DNA of 64,000 bases, from NCBI GenBank assembly GCA_965207225.1, contig CBDBLV010000002.1, positions 224,001-288,000 on the forward strand, written 5' to 3'. The stretch comes from Dehalococcoidia bacterium (GTDB taxonomy: Bacteria > Chloroflexota > Dehalococcoidia > Plut-88900). How positions within the stretch are numbered: the stretch's first letter is position 1; every line of letters begins with the position of its first letter. The notes under the pieces are model-generated. The model was not told the DNA's origin and made no database searches. It saw only the letters and a program-made list of their open reading frames with translations. The translations under genes and the position numbers were made by a program. This document shows, in pieces, positions 19,512-29,598 of the stretch.

Positions 19512-19991
19512 TTACGCGTCTGCGTGGACGTGTGCCCGGTCGGCAGAGAATAGATGGGGTGCGAAGTTGGCGGGTCCTCCCAGCCGGGTCTGGCAGGCCT
19601 TGCAGACCACGTAGACCTCTATCCGGTGCCCGACTACGCTCCCTCTACCCGACATTTCCCATTGCGAAAGCCACTGCTCGATTTCCGATTCGTGGAACTC
19701 GGAGACCAGGCCGCAGGACACGCATACCAGGTGGTGGTGGTGCCCGCTCATGGTTAGCATGTAGCGAGGCGAGCCGTCAGGAAGGCTGATCTTGCACAGC
19801 AGTCCCTGTTCCACCAGCAGCTTGATCGTCCGGTATACCGTAGCCCTCCCGACACCCTCTAACTCCGCGTGCAACTCTTCCGCCGTGAAGTTGGTCTCCT
19901 TGCCGGCTATGCTTTCTATTACCTGGCGCCTCGGGTGCGTTATCCGGTAGCGTCGGCCGCCTATGGCATCAAGTAGCGTTTTGGAGTCCAT
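19512..19991 (-). CDS. Fur-family transcriptional regulator
   Basis: GRATVYRTI..L...GL, HHHHLVCVSCG, CKAC. Confidence 0.92.
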   Translation of the reverse strand: MDSKTLLDAIGGRRYRITHPRRQVIESIAGKETNFTAEELHAELEGVGRATVYRTIKLLVEQGLLCKISLPDGSPRYMLTMSGHHHHLVCVSCGLVSEFHESEIEQWLSQWEMSGRGSVVGHRIEVYVVCKACQTRLGGPANFAPHLFSADRAHVHADA

Positions 19992-20035
19992 AGCAATGTG
20001 TGGGACCTCTGTCCCATGTCTCCGTCTTTCCTAAC

Positions 20036-20341
20036 CTACCATTTTTCGTCTTCAGGATAAACGCTGTTGCACACCGCGACTTCGTAGGGCTTTGCAAACC
20101 AGTTTTCGGTAGCCTTTTCCCATCGCTGGAAGTGGGGCGTCTTGATGTGTTCATCCTCGGCGTTGGAGTCCAAATACACCTCGTAGAGATAAAACCGGGT
20201 CGGGTTGTCCGTGTCCACCAGCACTTCCCACCTCGTGCATCCCGGCTCGGTGACGGAGCCCTTGGCGTTGAGTATAGTCTCGGCGATGAATTTCTCCCGG
20301 TACTCGGGCTTGACGTCTATGGTAACCACATCGACTCGCAT
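20036..20341 (-). CDS. ABM-domain protein (putative quinol monooxygenase / LsrG-like)
   Basis: EPGC..WEV, FYLYEVY, H..TPHF..W; GGAGGAG SD before ATG 20341. Confidence 0.85.
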   Translation of the reverse strand: MRVDVVTIDVKPEYREKFIAETILNAKGSVTEPGCTRWEVLVDTDNPTRFYLYEVYLDSNAEDEHIKTPHFQRWEKATENWFAKPYEVAVCNSVYPEDEKW

Positions 20342-20424
20342 GGCTCCTCCGGAAGGTGTATGTATCTCTATTGTACACCGTAATTGATACAAAGGGGCTT
20401 GCCCTCTCCCCTGAAACATCTTTA

Positions 20425-20453
20425 TTGACGGGCAATTTCGGCCTGAGTATCAT
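20425..20453 (+). promoter_or_regulatory. sigma70 promoter of the E1/E2 operon
   Basis: TTGACG-N17-TATCAT. Confidence 0.6.
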
Positions 20454-20495
20454 GTTTCCATCGCTCCGCCCCCTGACCTGCGACGAGGTGTCATC

Positions 20496-21479
20496 ATGCC
20501 AGACGTTCACCCCATGCCCGACAAATCAACCGCTTTCTCCCTCTATGAAGGCATGGTCACCATCCGCGAATTCGAAGAACGCGCCCGCCGCGAGGGAGAC
20601 GCCGGAAAACCCGTGGGCGGTATCCACTCCTCCGTCGGCCAGGAAGCCGTTGCCGTCGGCATCTGCCGCTATCTTCGTGACGACGACTACGTTCTAGGCA
20701 ATCACAGGAGCCATCACCATTGCCTCGCCAAGGGTGTCGACATGAAGGAGATGATGGCCGAGCTCATGGGCAAGGCCACCGGCACCAATAAGGGCAAGGG
20801 CGGTACAATGCACATCGCCGACAAGAACGTCGGTATGCTAGGCGCCAACGGAGTAATCGGCTCCAACGTCCCCGTAGCCGCCGGAGCGGCCCTTAGTGCC
20901 AAGATCCGAGGCACCGACCAGGTAGCCGTCGTTTTCTTCGGCGACGGCGGCGCCAACCAGGGCGCCCTCCACGAGACCCTCAACCTCGCCGCCATCTGGA
21001 ATCTCGGCGTCATTTTCGTCTGCGAAAACAACCGCTATGCAGAGTCCACCCCCGTGGAATACTCCCTCGCCGGTGGCTCCATCGCCAACCGGGCCTCGGC
21101 TTACGGGATAGTCGGGGAGACCGTTGACGGCCAGGACGTTCTCGATGTCTCGACGGCAATGGAAAGGGCGGTCCATAGGGCCCGGGCAGGTGAAGGCCCC
21201 TCCATCATTGAGGCCAAGACCTACCGTTACTACGGCCACCACGGCGCCGACGACCCCCTGCGCTACCGCACGAGAGAAGAGGAAGAGTTTTACCGCAATC
21301 GGGACTGCATAGCCAATTTCAAGACTCGAATTATCGAAGAAGAACTGGGTACCGGCGAAGAGCTCCAGGAAATCGATGCCTCGATATTGGGGGCACTGGA
21401 CGAGGCTGTGAAGTTCGCCGACGAAAGCCCCTGGCCCGACCCCGATGAGCTCGTCGCCGACGTTTATGTCAATTACTAG
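20496..21479 (+). CDS. TPP-dependent 2-oxoacid/acetoin dehydrogenase E1 alpha subunit
   Basis: GQEA, HRSH, GKGGTMH, FFGDGGANQG..E.LN, ENNRY, TYRYYGHH. Confidence 0.93.
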   Translation: MPDVHPMPDKSTAFSLYEGMVTIREFEERARREGDAGKPVGGIHSSVGQEAVAVGICRYLRDDDYVLGNHRSHHHCLAKGVDMKEMMAELMGKATGTNKGKGGTMHIADKNVGMLGANGVIGSNVPVAAGAALSAKIRGTDQVAVVFFGDGGANQGALHETLNLAAIWNLGVIFVCENNRYAESTPVEYSLAGGSIANRASAYGIVGETVDGQDVLDVSTAMERAVHRARAGEGPSIIEAKTYRYYGHHGADDPLRYRTREEEEFYRNRDCIANFKTRIIEEELGTGEELQEIDASILGALDEAVKFADESPWPDPDELVADVYVNY

Positions 21480-21517
21480 AATCCGTCACCAGCCATCTAT
21501 GCAACCTGGGTAACGCC

Positions 21518-22588
21518 ATGACAACCACCGAATCCAAGGCAACCGAACGCAGCCGCATCAGCTTCGTCCGGTCCATCAACGAAGCCATCACCCAGGAGAT
21601 GGAGCGCGACCCCACCGTCATCGTCATGGGCGAAGACGTGGCCGGCGCTCCCGGTAAGAAGGACCAGGGCTTCGAGGATGCCTGGGGCGGTGTATTCAAG
21701 CTCACTAAAGGCCTCATAGGCAAGTTCGGCCCCCAGCGTGTCCTCGATACCCCCATCTCCGAAGCCGGGTTCATCGGCGCCGGCGTAGGCGCCGCCGCCA
21801 CCGGCCTCCGACCCATCGTTGAGCTCATGTTCGTCGGTTTTTACGGAGTCTGCGCTGACCAGATAACCAACAACGCCGCAAAAATGCACTACATGTTTGG
21901 CGGCAAAGTGACCCTTCCCTTGACCATCATCACTAACACCGGCACCGGCGCGGGCGCTGCCGCCCAGCACTCCGAGACCCTCTACTCCATCTTCACCCAC
22001 TTCCCCGGTCTCAAGTGTGTCGTCCCTTCCGACGCCTACACCGCCAAGGGCCTCATGACCGCCGCTATCCGTGACGACGACCCCGTAATCATCTTTCTCC
22101 ACAAGCTCCTTCTCGGAAGGACCCGCGCCGGCCTCCGGCCCTCCGAGGAATACGCTGTACCTGAAGAGCCCTACATCGTGCCTATAGGTAAGGCCAACGT
22201 GGCCCGGGAGGGTGAGGACCTCACCATGATCGGTATCGGCTACACCACCGGCCTCTGCCTCCAGGCCGCCGACACCCTTCAGCAGCAGGGCGTCAACGCC
22301 GAGGTCATAGACCTGCTGTCCCTCTCCCCCATGGACGAGGAGACAATCCTTGAGTCCGTCAAGAAGACCCGTAGAGCCGTTATTGTCGACGAGGACTACC
22401 CGCGTTGTAGCGTCGCATCTGACATATCAGCCCTCATCGCCGAGCAGGCCTTCGACTACCTGGACGCCCCACCCAAAAGGGTGACCCCACCCCACTCCCC
22501 CGTCCCCTACAGCATCATGCTGGAGCGCCTATTCGCCCCCACCAAAGAGAAAGTCATCGAGGCCGCATCCGAGGTCCTGGAGGCTTGA
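21518..22588 (+). CDS. 2-oxoacid/acetoin dehydrogenase E1 beta subunit
   Basis: MGEDV, RVLDTPISE, GLRPIVE.MF, AAQHS, FDYLDAPP.RV. Confidence 0.93.
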   Translation: MTTTESKATERSRISFVRSINEAITQEMERDPTVIVMGEDVAGAPGKKDQGFEDAWGGVFKLTKGLIGKFGPQRVLDTPISEAGFIGAGVGAAATGLRPIVELMFVGFYGVCADQITNNAAKMHYMFGGKVTLPLTIITNTGTGAGAAAQHSETLYSIFTHFPGLKCVVPSDAYTAKGLMTAAIRDDDPVIIFLHKLLLGRTRAGLRPSEEYAVPEEPYIVPIGKANVAREGEDLTMIGIGYTTGLCLQAADTLQQQGVNAEVIDLLSLSPMDEETILESVKKTRRAVIVDEDYPRCSVASDISALIAEQAFDYLDAPPKRVTPPHSPVPYSIMLERLFAPTKEKVIEAASEVLEA

Positions 22589-22630
22589 TGTCCGCAAAGC
22601 GCTCGGGGCGATAGTGGAACAGGACTCATA

Positions 22631-23833
22631 ATGGCAACTGCCATACGAATGCCGCAGCTTGGCATGATTATGACCGAAGGCACCCTCGCCAAGTGGCACA
22701 AGGAGCCTGGCGCCCCGGTCAAGCAAGGCGATCCCCTCGCCGAGATCACTACCGAAAAGATCTCCTACGAGCTCGAAGCCCCGGAGTCCGGCATCTTCCA
22801 CCCGGCCGTCAGCGAGGGAGATATCGTCCCCATTGAAGAGCTGATAGCCCATATCCTCCAGGAGGGTGAAGCGGTCCCCGAGACACCTGCTCCCAAACCC
22901 GTTGTCCCGTCCCAGCCCTCTCCCGTCGCCTCTGGCCCTGGGAGGACCCCCGCCCAACCCCGCGCCGATGTCCGTGCCGCCCCCAGCGCCCGTAAACTTG
23001 CCGCCCAGCTTGGAATCGATATCTCCCATGTTATCCCCGCCCGACCCGGCGGCCGCATCGTCGAGGCTGATGTCAAAGCCTATGCTGAAGCTCAGGTAAC
23101 GACACCGGCGCCGACAGCGGCAATGGCCGAGGCCCGCGGCCTTCCCCCCGGCCTCCCCGAACCATCTAAGATAGAATCCCTCTCCGGCATCAGGAAGGCC
23201 ATAGCCAACAACATGCGCCGCAGCGTGTCCAACGCCGCCCAACTCTCCTTCCACATTGAAGTTGACATGACACAGGCCACTGCCCTTAGAAAAGAGCACT
23301 CCAGGGGTGGGGACATCAGCCTCTCTGCCGCAGACATCGTCATGAAGGCCTGCGCCGATGCCCTCCTAAAGAACCCCCGGCTTAACACAATCCTCTCCGA
23401 CGGAAAGGTCCACTACTTTGACCAGGTCAACATGGGCCTCGCCGTCGCCCTCAACGATGGCCTCCTGGTACCTGTAATCAGAAACGCCCAATCCAAGTCA
23501 ATCACCGAGCTTGCCGCCGAAAGAAAAGACCTCTCGGAACGTGCCAGGAGCAGCAAGCTGAAGGCTGACGAGCTTACCGGCGGGACCTTCAGCCTCACCG
23601 TCCTCGGCACCGTCGATGGTTTCACCCCACTCCTTTATCCGGGTCAGAGCGCCATCCTGGGTGTGGGACGAATTGCAAAGAAACCCGTCGTTGTTGGAGA
23701 CGAAATTGCTGTGCGAGAGATGGCTACCCTCAGCCTGACCGTGGACCACCAGGTCGTGGACGGAGCCCCCGCCTCGGCCTTCCTCCGCCGGGTGAAACAA
23801 CTCCTCGAACATCCCGAGCAGCTTTTCGACTAG
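22631..23833 (+). CDS. dihydrolipoamide acyltransferase E2
   Basis: Lipoyl domain (EITTEK), subunit-binding ARKLAAQLGID..GGRI..DV, catalytic DHQVVDG. Confidence 0.93.
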   Translation: MATAIRMPQLGMIMTEGTLAKWHKEPGAPVKQGDPLAEITTEKISYELEAPESGIFHPAVSEGDIVPIEELIAHILQEGEAVPETPAPKPVVPSQPSPVASGPGRTPAQPRADVRAAPSARKLAAQLGIDISHVIPARPGGRIVEADVKAYAEAQVTTPAPTAAMAEARGLPPGLPEPSKIESLSGIRKAIANNMRRSVSNAAQLSFHIEVDMTQATALRKEHSRGGDISLSAADIVMKACADALLKNPRLNTILSDGKVHYFDQVNMGLAVALNDGLLVPVIRNAQSKSITELAAERKDLSERARSSKLKADELTGGTFSLTVLGTVDGFTPLLYPGQSAILGVGRIAKKPVVVGDEIAVREMATLSLTVDHQVVDGAPASAFLRRVKQLLEHPEQLFD

Positions 23834-23855
23834 ACCTTTACGTTGACGCCAACGG

Positions 23856-23887
23856 AAAAGGGGCGACACCTTGGTGTCGCCCCTTTT
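23856..23887. terminator. bidirectional intrinsic terminator
   Basis: AAAAGGGGCGACACC-TT-GGTGTCGCCCCTTTT between convergent genes. Confidence 0.85.
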
Positions 23888-23909
23888 GCTTCTCTATCTG
23901 GCGGGTAAT

Positions 23910-24716
23910 CTAGCCCCGGGGCCTCACCCAGGACTCGGACCACGCCAGGCACGCCGTCGTCGAAGGCGTACCGTCCCGCTGTGCCGGCTGCGCATCTCCA
24001 GACGCATATTCGCCGTTTATCACAACCTGCGCCCGACGCGCCGGCGTCATGATGCTGTATACCCCATGTGTCCTGCCGCCTGTACCGGGAGGCGCATGGA
24101 TCGCAAATGGCGTAATGGTATCATACCACGTCAGTGCTATGTCCTGGTCTTCGGATAGCACTCTCTCGGTAGAGAAGGACCGCACGTCTCCTTCCCTCTC
24201 GAATTCCGCCTCGATTATCCGAAGAGAGGTATCCGAAAACGGCGGATTGATCATCGATTCAATCTCTTCTTGCAGCCACCGTGCCAGCGCAACGTTGTCG
24301 GAATACGCAACAACCTCGTTGTTGGTAAGATCGGAACGCATGAAGAGCGCGTGCCCCGGGCCCGCCGGTGAGAAAAGCACACGCCAATGGCTCGCCACGG
24401 TCGTGAATTCCGCCCCCTCGGACGGCGCCAGTCGGATAAACGAATTCTCTCCCGTGACCCGTACCTCGTTCGGGTCCACCACCGATGCCGACCTCCCCCT
24501 CTGCGACTTGTCCAGTAGCTTTTCCTCTCCCTTAGTTGTCAGGTACTTCACGGGAGAAGGGATCAGGCGTCGGCCCTTCCGCTTGAAACTACCGACTATC
24601 CGGTTCTCTCCCAATAGCTTGGAAATTCTCGCTACACTGTATCCGGTCGCCTCTGCTGCCTCTTTGACGGTCATCGCACCCTTGGGCGGCACGAATCTGG
24701 ATCTCCTTCTAGCCAT
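23910..24716 (-). CDS. hypothetical protein: excisionase/MerR-like HTH fused to an uncharacterised beta-rich domain
   Basis: MTVKEAAEATGYSVARISKLL..RI.G..KGRRLIP HTH_17-like N-terminus; AAAGGA SD. Confidence 0.7.
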   Translation of the reverse strand: MARRRSRFVPPKGAMTVKEAAEATGYSVARISKLLGENRIVGSFKRKGRRLIPSPVKYLTTKGEEKLLDKSQRGRSASVVDPNEVRVTGENSFIRLAPSEGAEFTTVASHWRVLFSPAGPGHALFMRSDLTNNEVVAYSDNVALARWLQEEIESMINPPFSDTSLRIIEAEFEREGDVRSFSTERVLSEDQDIALTWYDTITPFAIHAPPGTGGRTHGVYSIMTPARRAQVVINGEYASGDAQPAQRDGTPSTTACLAWSESWVRPRG

Positions 24717-24953
24717 TTGCAGTCCTTTCTTTAGTCACGGCAGCCGCATTGGCCTGCCTTCTCAATTGAAGAGCACATCTATGACTACAATATACTATTC
24801 TAACAGGTTGCTGCGGTAGATAGAAACTTGCACGTTGTTGAGTCTGGATGTAACCGATTTTTTGCCTTCTTAAGTGAAACTCAGGGCTAAAACCGTGTAC
24901 AATGGAGATACATGAGAAGGGCGGCGGGTAGTAAATAAATCCGGAGGAGCCAA

Positions 24954-25538
24954 ATGACTATCACCACCTACGACGTAGACCAGTTTGTCCACGACATGAA
25001 GGAACTTCAGGCCAAGGGCTTGGACGACGCCCGCATACTGGACCAGGGTTCATCCTATCTCGAAAAACTGATCAGCAACCCCGACTGTATCCCCCCCGAG
25101 TTCCGAGTCCCCTCCCTCAAGGGCAGCAGCCGCCTCCACGGCTCGTATCTCCTTCACCGCTCCGATGATCTCCTCGTCTCCGCCGAGGTCTGGGGCCCCG
25201 GTGACCACGTAGACCCCCATGATCACCTCGTCTGGGGAATGATCGGCGTCCTGGACAACACCCTCAACGAGGTCCGCTTCCAATGGCACGAGGATGAGAA
25301 TCGACCCGGCTTCGGCCGCCTGGAGAAATCTCGAGACGCCGTATCCAAGCCCGGCGAGGTTAGCCTTCTCGTCCCCGGCATCGACGAAATCCACCAGATT
25401 GACAACCACGACTCCCGTCCCACCGTCGAAATTCACGTCTACGGCTTGGACCTCGGGACCATCCAGCGCAACAGGTACGACGCCGCAGCCGGCACGAAGG
25501 TCAACTTCCGGATCAAGTCCAAGTACGACAACGAGTAG
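24954..25538 (+). CDS. thiol dioxygenase (cysteine / 3-mercaptopropionate dioxygenase family)
   Basis: W.PG....HDH.VWGMIGV, EIHQI.N, IHVYG cupin motifs. Confidence 0.88.
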   Translation: MTITTYDVDQFVHDMKELQAKGLDDARILDQGSSYLEKLISNPDCIPPEFRVPSLKGSSRLHGSYLLHRSDDLLVSAEVWGPGDHVDPHDHLVWGMIGVLDNTLNEVRFQWHEDENRPGFGRLEKSRDAVSKPGEVSLLVPGIDEIHQIDNHDSRPTVEIHVYGLDLGTIQRNRYDAAAGTKVNFRIKSKYDNE

Positions 25539-25573
25539 CAGACTCCCGTTTTCGACCTCCCTGCAATTTCACC

Positions 25574-27157
25574 ATGCCAGCGAACACGTCGCCCGACCAG
25601 CTTGCCGCGCTTTTGGAGGGAGACTCCCCCTTCGCCCTGCTGGACGTCCGTGAACTGGGTGAATACAACCAGGCCCACATACCCGGCGCCTGCCCCCTCC
25701 CCCGACGCCTTATCGAATACCGCCTCCCGAGGCTCGTGCCCAATCTATCAACGAACGTCATAGTTTGTGACGACGATGGGAGACGCGCCGCACTGGCAGT
25801 TGGGACTCTGCAGAAAATGGGATATACCAACGCCTCCGTCCTTGAGGGAGGCATCAACCGTTGGACGTCTCAGGGATACGGTTCCGAGTGGGGAGTCAAC
25901 GTCCCCAGCAAGGACTACGGAGAGCGCGTCCAGGTGGAGCGCAACATCCCCGAAATTACCGCTGAAGAATTGGAAGACTGGATCTCCCGTAAAGACAAGT
26001 TCGTCCTGGTAGACTCCCGCACCCCCGAGGAACACAACAGCTTCTGCATCCCCGGAAGCCGCAGCATGCCCGGCGGCGAGCTCGCCCTCCGTGTCTGGGA
26101 CCTCATGGACTCCGAGGACACCCCTGTGGTCGTTCACTGTGCGGGCCGGACTCGAAGCATCGTCGGCACAAGCATCCTCCACCGCATGGGTATCAAGAAC
26201 GTCTTCGGCCTCCGCAACGGAACCATGGGTTGGCAGCTTGCCGGCTTTGACCTCGAGCATGGCTCCACCCGACTAACCCTGGACACCCCATCCGAGGCCG
26301 CCATCCAAAAGGCCGAGGCCCACGGCCGCAAGGTCGCTACCGAAGACGGTGTCCAATACCTCCCTCTGGAAGACTTGGCATCTTTCATCGCTGAACACAG
26401 CCAGGAAAACGTCTACCTTATCGACGTGCGCTCCATCGAGGAGTTCGAGTCCGGTCACGTCCCGGGCTTCTTGTGGTATCCCGGGGGCCAGGCCGCCCAG
26501 GAGAGCGACAACGCAGTAGGCGTAAAGGCCGGCCACATAGTCTTCTGCTGCGACGGCGTGGCCCGAGCCTCGGTCACCGCCTCCCTCTTCCGCCAGATCG
26601 GATACCCCAACGTCTACGTACTTGATGGTGGCACGACCACCTGGACCCGAGCCGGCTTCTCACTCCAAGCCGGCCTCGCCTCCCCCGACCCCGCCCTCCT
26701 CGATCAAGCCCGCTCTCGGGTCCCCTCACTTCCCGCCCCCGATGCCAGGAAACTGATGGAAGATCAGGACTGCGCCACGCTGTTCGTCGGCACCAGCGCC
26801 GAGTTTGCCCAGGCACACACCCCCGGCGCCCGATGGGCCCCCCGCGGCTCCCTCGAACTCACTATCGGAGAGATCGCCCCCTCCCTCACCACCCCCGTCC
26901 TCCTCGTCACCCCCGAAGGTCGAGAATCTCTCCTGGCCGGCCTGACCCTGCTGGATTCCGGCTATTCCAACGTCCATTCTCTGCAGGGCGGTACCCGGGC
27001 CTGGGCGGACGAGGGCCTTCCTCTGGAAACTGGACTCGCAGGCGTCATGAGTCCCCCTAACGACCTCGTCTCCACCGGCTCGGGCCGCAACTTCGCCGAC
27101 GCCATCAACTACCTGCGGTGGGAAATAGAGCTCGGGCACAAGTACGAAAAGGCCTAG
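25574..27157 (+). CDS. four-domain rhodanese-like sulfurtransferase
   Basis: DVRE..EY..HIPGA, NVPSKDYGE, HCAGRTRS, four L.GG/NG..W repeats. Confidence 0.9.
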   Translation: MPANTSPDQLAALLEGDSPFALLDVRELGEYNQAHIPGACPLPRRLIEYRLPRLVPNLSTNVIVCDDDGRRAALAVGTLQKMGYTNASVLEGGINRWTSQGYGSEWGVNVPSKDYGERVQVERNIPEITAEELEDWISRKDKFVLVDSRTPEEHNSFCIPGSRSMPGGELALRVWDLMDSEDTPVVVHCAGRTRSIVGTSILHRMGIKNVFGLRNGTMGWQLAGFDLEHGSTRLTLDTPSEAAIQKAEAHGRKVATEDGVQYLPLEDLASFIAEHSQENVYLIDVRSIEEFESGHVPGFLWYPGGQAAQESDNAVGVKAGHIVFCCDGVARASVTASLFRQIGYPNVYVLDGGTTTWTRAGFSLQAGLASPDPALLDQARSRVPSLPAPDARKLMEDQDCATLFVGTSAEFAQAHTPGARWAPRGSLELTIGEIAPSLTTPVLLVTPEGRESLLAGLTLLDSGYSNVHSLQGGTRAWADEGLPLETGLAGVMSPPNDLVSTGSGRNFADAINYLRWEIELGHKYEKA

Positions 27158-28266
27158 CTGAAGCTCAGGTGGTGGATCGTCGCCGCCTCCATCGCCTCCC
27201 AGTCCACATCCAGCCCTAGGCCCGATTTCTCCGGCCCGTAGACGTATCCATCCGGTTGCGTCCTCACCACGTCCAGCATCCCGTACTCATACGGTTCGAG
27301 AGGCATGCTCTGCTCGTAATAGGTGCAATTCTCGGTGGTCAACATTACGTGTAGGTTAGCCGTTGAATTCAGACTATAACCCCAGGACATTACCTCGCAG
27401 TTCATTCCGGCTTCCAGTGTAATGTCGACAGCTTTTCTAAGCGGAGTAACCCCCCCGAGAACCAGGGCATCCGTCCTGGCTGACCTCCAGCACCCCGCCT
27501 TCACTGCACCCTCGAAGGTCGCCAGGTCCATTATCCAATTCCCGGACGGCAGGACCGGCATCTCTACCTCCCGCGCCAGCATCCTGTACCCTTCCAGGTC
27601 GTAGTCCGGCAGAGGCGCCTCGAACCACGTGAAGTCCAGGCTTTCCAGCTCTTTTGCCACCCGCATCGCCGATTCCCGGTCGTAGTTGTTTTCCGCATCC
27701 AGCATGAACTCCACGTCCTTGCCTGGATGTTCTTGCCGGACTGCCCGTGCCAACGCTGCGTCGTCCTCCGGGATGCACCAGGTGTGGAACTTTACCGCCG
27801 TGAATCCCTGCCCCAGCAGCTCATCCACAAATGCCAGGTATGCGGCTATGTCGTCGAGCATCGGCGTACTCGCGTAAGAACGAATGCGGTCCCGCTTCGC
27901 TCCAATAAGCTTATACAACGGCGCGCCCGACACCTTCCCCGCCAGGTCCCACAACGCAATGTCTACCGCAGCCAGTGCCTGTGGCGGAATCGGGAACACC
28001 CTCGGCCAGAGTTCCTTCCGGATGCCTTCCCGGTCCAGGGGGTCCTTCCCGACCAGTATCGGCCCGAGATGCCGCAGCGTCTCCGCGGTGTACCGGTCGT
28101 AATCGAAGGAGGTCGCATTCCAGACCCCACCCATTCCCTCCACCCCATCGTCCGTATAGATTCTCACAAGCGTATTGGTGGAAAACTGGTCTGGCAAATC
28201 ATACGACCATGCAAACCTCTCCACCCGCGGCGCAACCGCCCTCACCTCAATCCTCTCAATCTTCAT
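27154..28266 (-). CDS. mandelate racemase / muconate lactonizing enzyme (enolase superfamily)
   Basis: VRIYTDDGVEG, DIALWDLAGK, GFTAVKFH, MLDAE, WFEAP, GLGLDVD. Confidence 0.9.
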   Translation of the reverse strand: MKIERIEVRAVAPRVERFAWSYDLPDQFSTNTLVRIYTDDGVEGMGGVWNATSFDYDRYTAETLRHLGPILVGKDPLDREGIRKELWPRVFPIPPQALAAVDIALWDLAGKVSGAPLYKLIGAKRDRIRSYASTPMLDDIAAYLAFVDELLGQGFTAVKFHTWCIPEDDAALARAVRQEHPGKDVEFMLDAENNYDRESAMRVAKELESLDFTWFEAPLPDYDLEGYRMLAREVEMPVLPSGNWIMDLATFEGAVKAGCWRSARTDALVLGGVTPLRKAVDITLEAGMNCEVMSWGYSLNSTANLHVMLTTENCTYYEQSMPLEPYEYGMLDVVRTQPDGYVYGPEKSGLGLDVDWEAMEAATIHHLSFS

Positions 28267-28404
28267 TTCACCACCTTCATTACTATTCTGGCAGTCTAGT
28301 TTGGCGACAAACAGTGTAAATGTCCTCCATAACTTGCGCCATTAATCGTTGCACTTTAACCTTCAATTCCATCAGCGGCATTCACCCACCGGAGGCCCGA
28401 CACC

Positions 28405-29598
28405 ATGACAGCCAACCCCGCCTACCCCATGTTCTCCCCACAGGAGATGGACCGACGCCTCGCCCGCGCCCGGGACCTCATGGGCCTGCATGACCTCGAC
28501 GCCCTCCTCATCACCGGCGAGCACAACTTCCACTACTTCGTAGGCGCCGCCCCCAGCATCGGCCCCAACGAGTCCCTCGCCCGGCCCTCCGCCTTCATCC
28601 TGCCCGCCGTCGGCGAGCCCATCATCGTCTCTCAGGGTCGCGATAACATTCAGGAAGGCACCTACATATCCGAAATCCGCGACTATTTCGACGTTCTCCG
28701 GTTCCCTTACGACCTCGTGACTGAAGCCCTACGCGACAGAGGGCTCAGTGCAGGCCGCATCGGTGCAGAATTGGGACAGGAACAGAGGATGGGCCTGCCC
28801 GTTGGCGATTATCTCGCCATCACTAACTCCCTCCCCGAGGCCCGCTTCGTCGATGCCGCCGACGTCATCATTAAGACCCGCATGGTTAAGTCCGACGAGG
28901 AAGTGGAATACATGCGGGAAGCCGCCCGAATTACCGCCCGCGCCCGAAACCGTCTCTACTCCGACTACCTCACCCCCGGTGTCACCGAGCGCCAGCTCGC
29001 CCGCCAGTTCCAGAAGCTCGTCCTCGACGAAGGCGCTGACGGTACTTCCTTCGTCCACTTCCAGTTCGACATCCAGTCCCAGCTCCCCGGCGCCAAGCAC
29101 GCTTTCCACTACGACCGACCCCTCAGGAAAGGCCTCATCCTCGGTATCGACACCGGCGCCCGGGTCGGAATGTACACCGTCGACTATCCCCGCATGGTAT
29201 CCCTCGGCCCTCCTACCGATAGACAGAAGCGTCTCTACGAAAACCTCCTGGAGGTCAACCGGCGCATGACCGTAGCCCTCAAGCCCGGAGTCACCGCCGC
29301 CGAAATCCACGCCGCCGCCGTCCAGGCCATGAAGGACCTCGGCGTGGAGACCGACAACCCCGAAAGGCTCTCGGGCGGCAGCCGCATGGGCCACGGCCAG
29401 GGCATCCAGTTCACTGAGCCCCCCAGCGTTACCCCTACAGACCACACCATCCTGGAAGTCGGCGCCGTAATCAGCACCGAGCCCGGCATCGCCGACGGGG
29501 AATTGCACCTCCTCTGGGAAGACACCCACGTCATCACCCCCACCGGCTCAGACCTGATCACCACAGAATCCGAAACCCTCCGCCAAGTCCCCTTCTAA
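28405..29598 (+). CDS. M24 Xaa-Pro peptidase / creatinase-family protein
   Basis: R.VKS.EE..MREA, DTG..Y.D..R, GHGQG..EPP, EPG, ED ligands. Confidence 0.88.
   Translation: MTANPAYPMFSPQEMDRRLARARDLMGLHDLDALLITGEHNFHYFVGAAPSIGPNESLARPSAFILPAVGEPIIVSQGRDNIQEGTYISEIRDYFDVLRFPYDLVTEALRDRGLSAGRIGAELGQEQRMGLPVGDYLAITNSLPEARFVDAADVIIKTRMVKSDEEVEYMREAARITARARNRLYSDYLTPGVTERQLARQFQKLVLDEGADGTSFVHFQFDIQSQLPGAKHAFHYDRPLRKGLILGIDTGARVGMYTVDYPRMVSLGPPTDRQKRLYENLLEVNRRMTVALKPGVTAAEIHAAAVQAMKDLGVETDNPERLSGGSRMGHGQGIQFTEPPSVTPTDHTILEVGAVISTEPGIADGELHLLWEDTHVITPTGSDLITTESETLRQVPF

Noticed and set aside
24902-24938. Leader peptides upstream of the thiol dioxygenase
   Set aside because: The short ORFs (MEIHEKGGG, MRRAAGSK) have no Cys codons and no terminator follows
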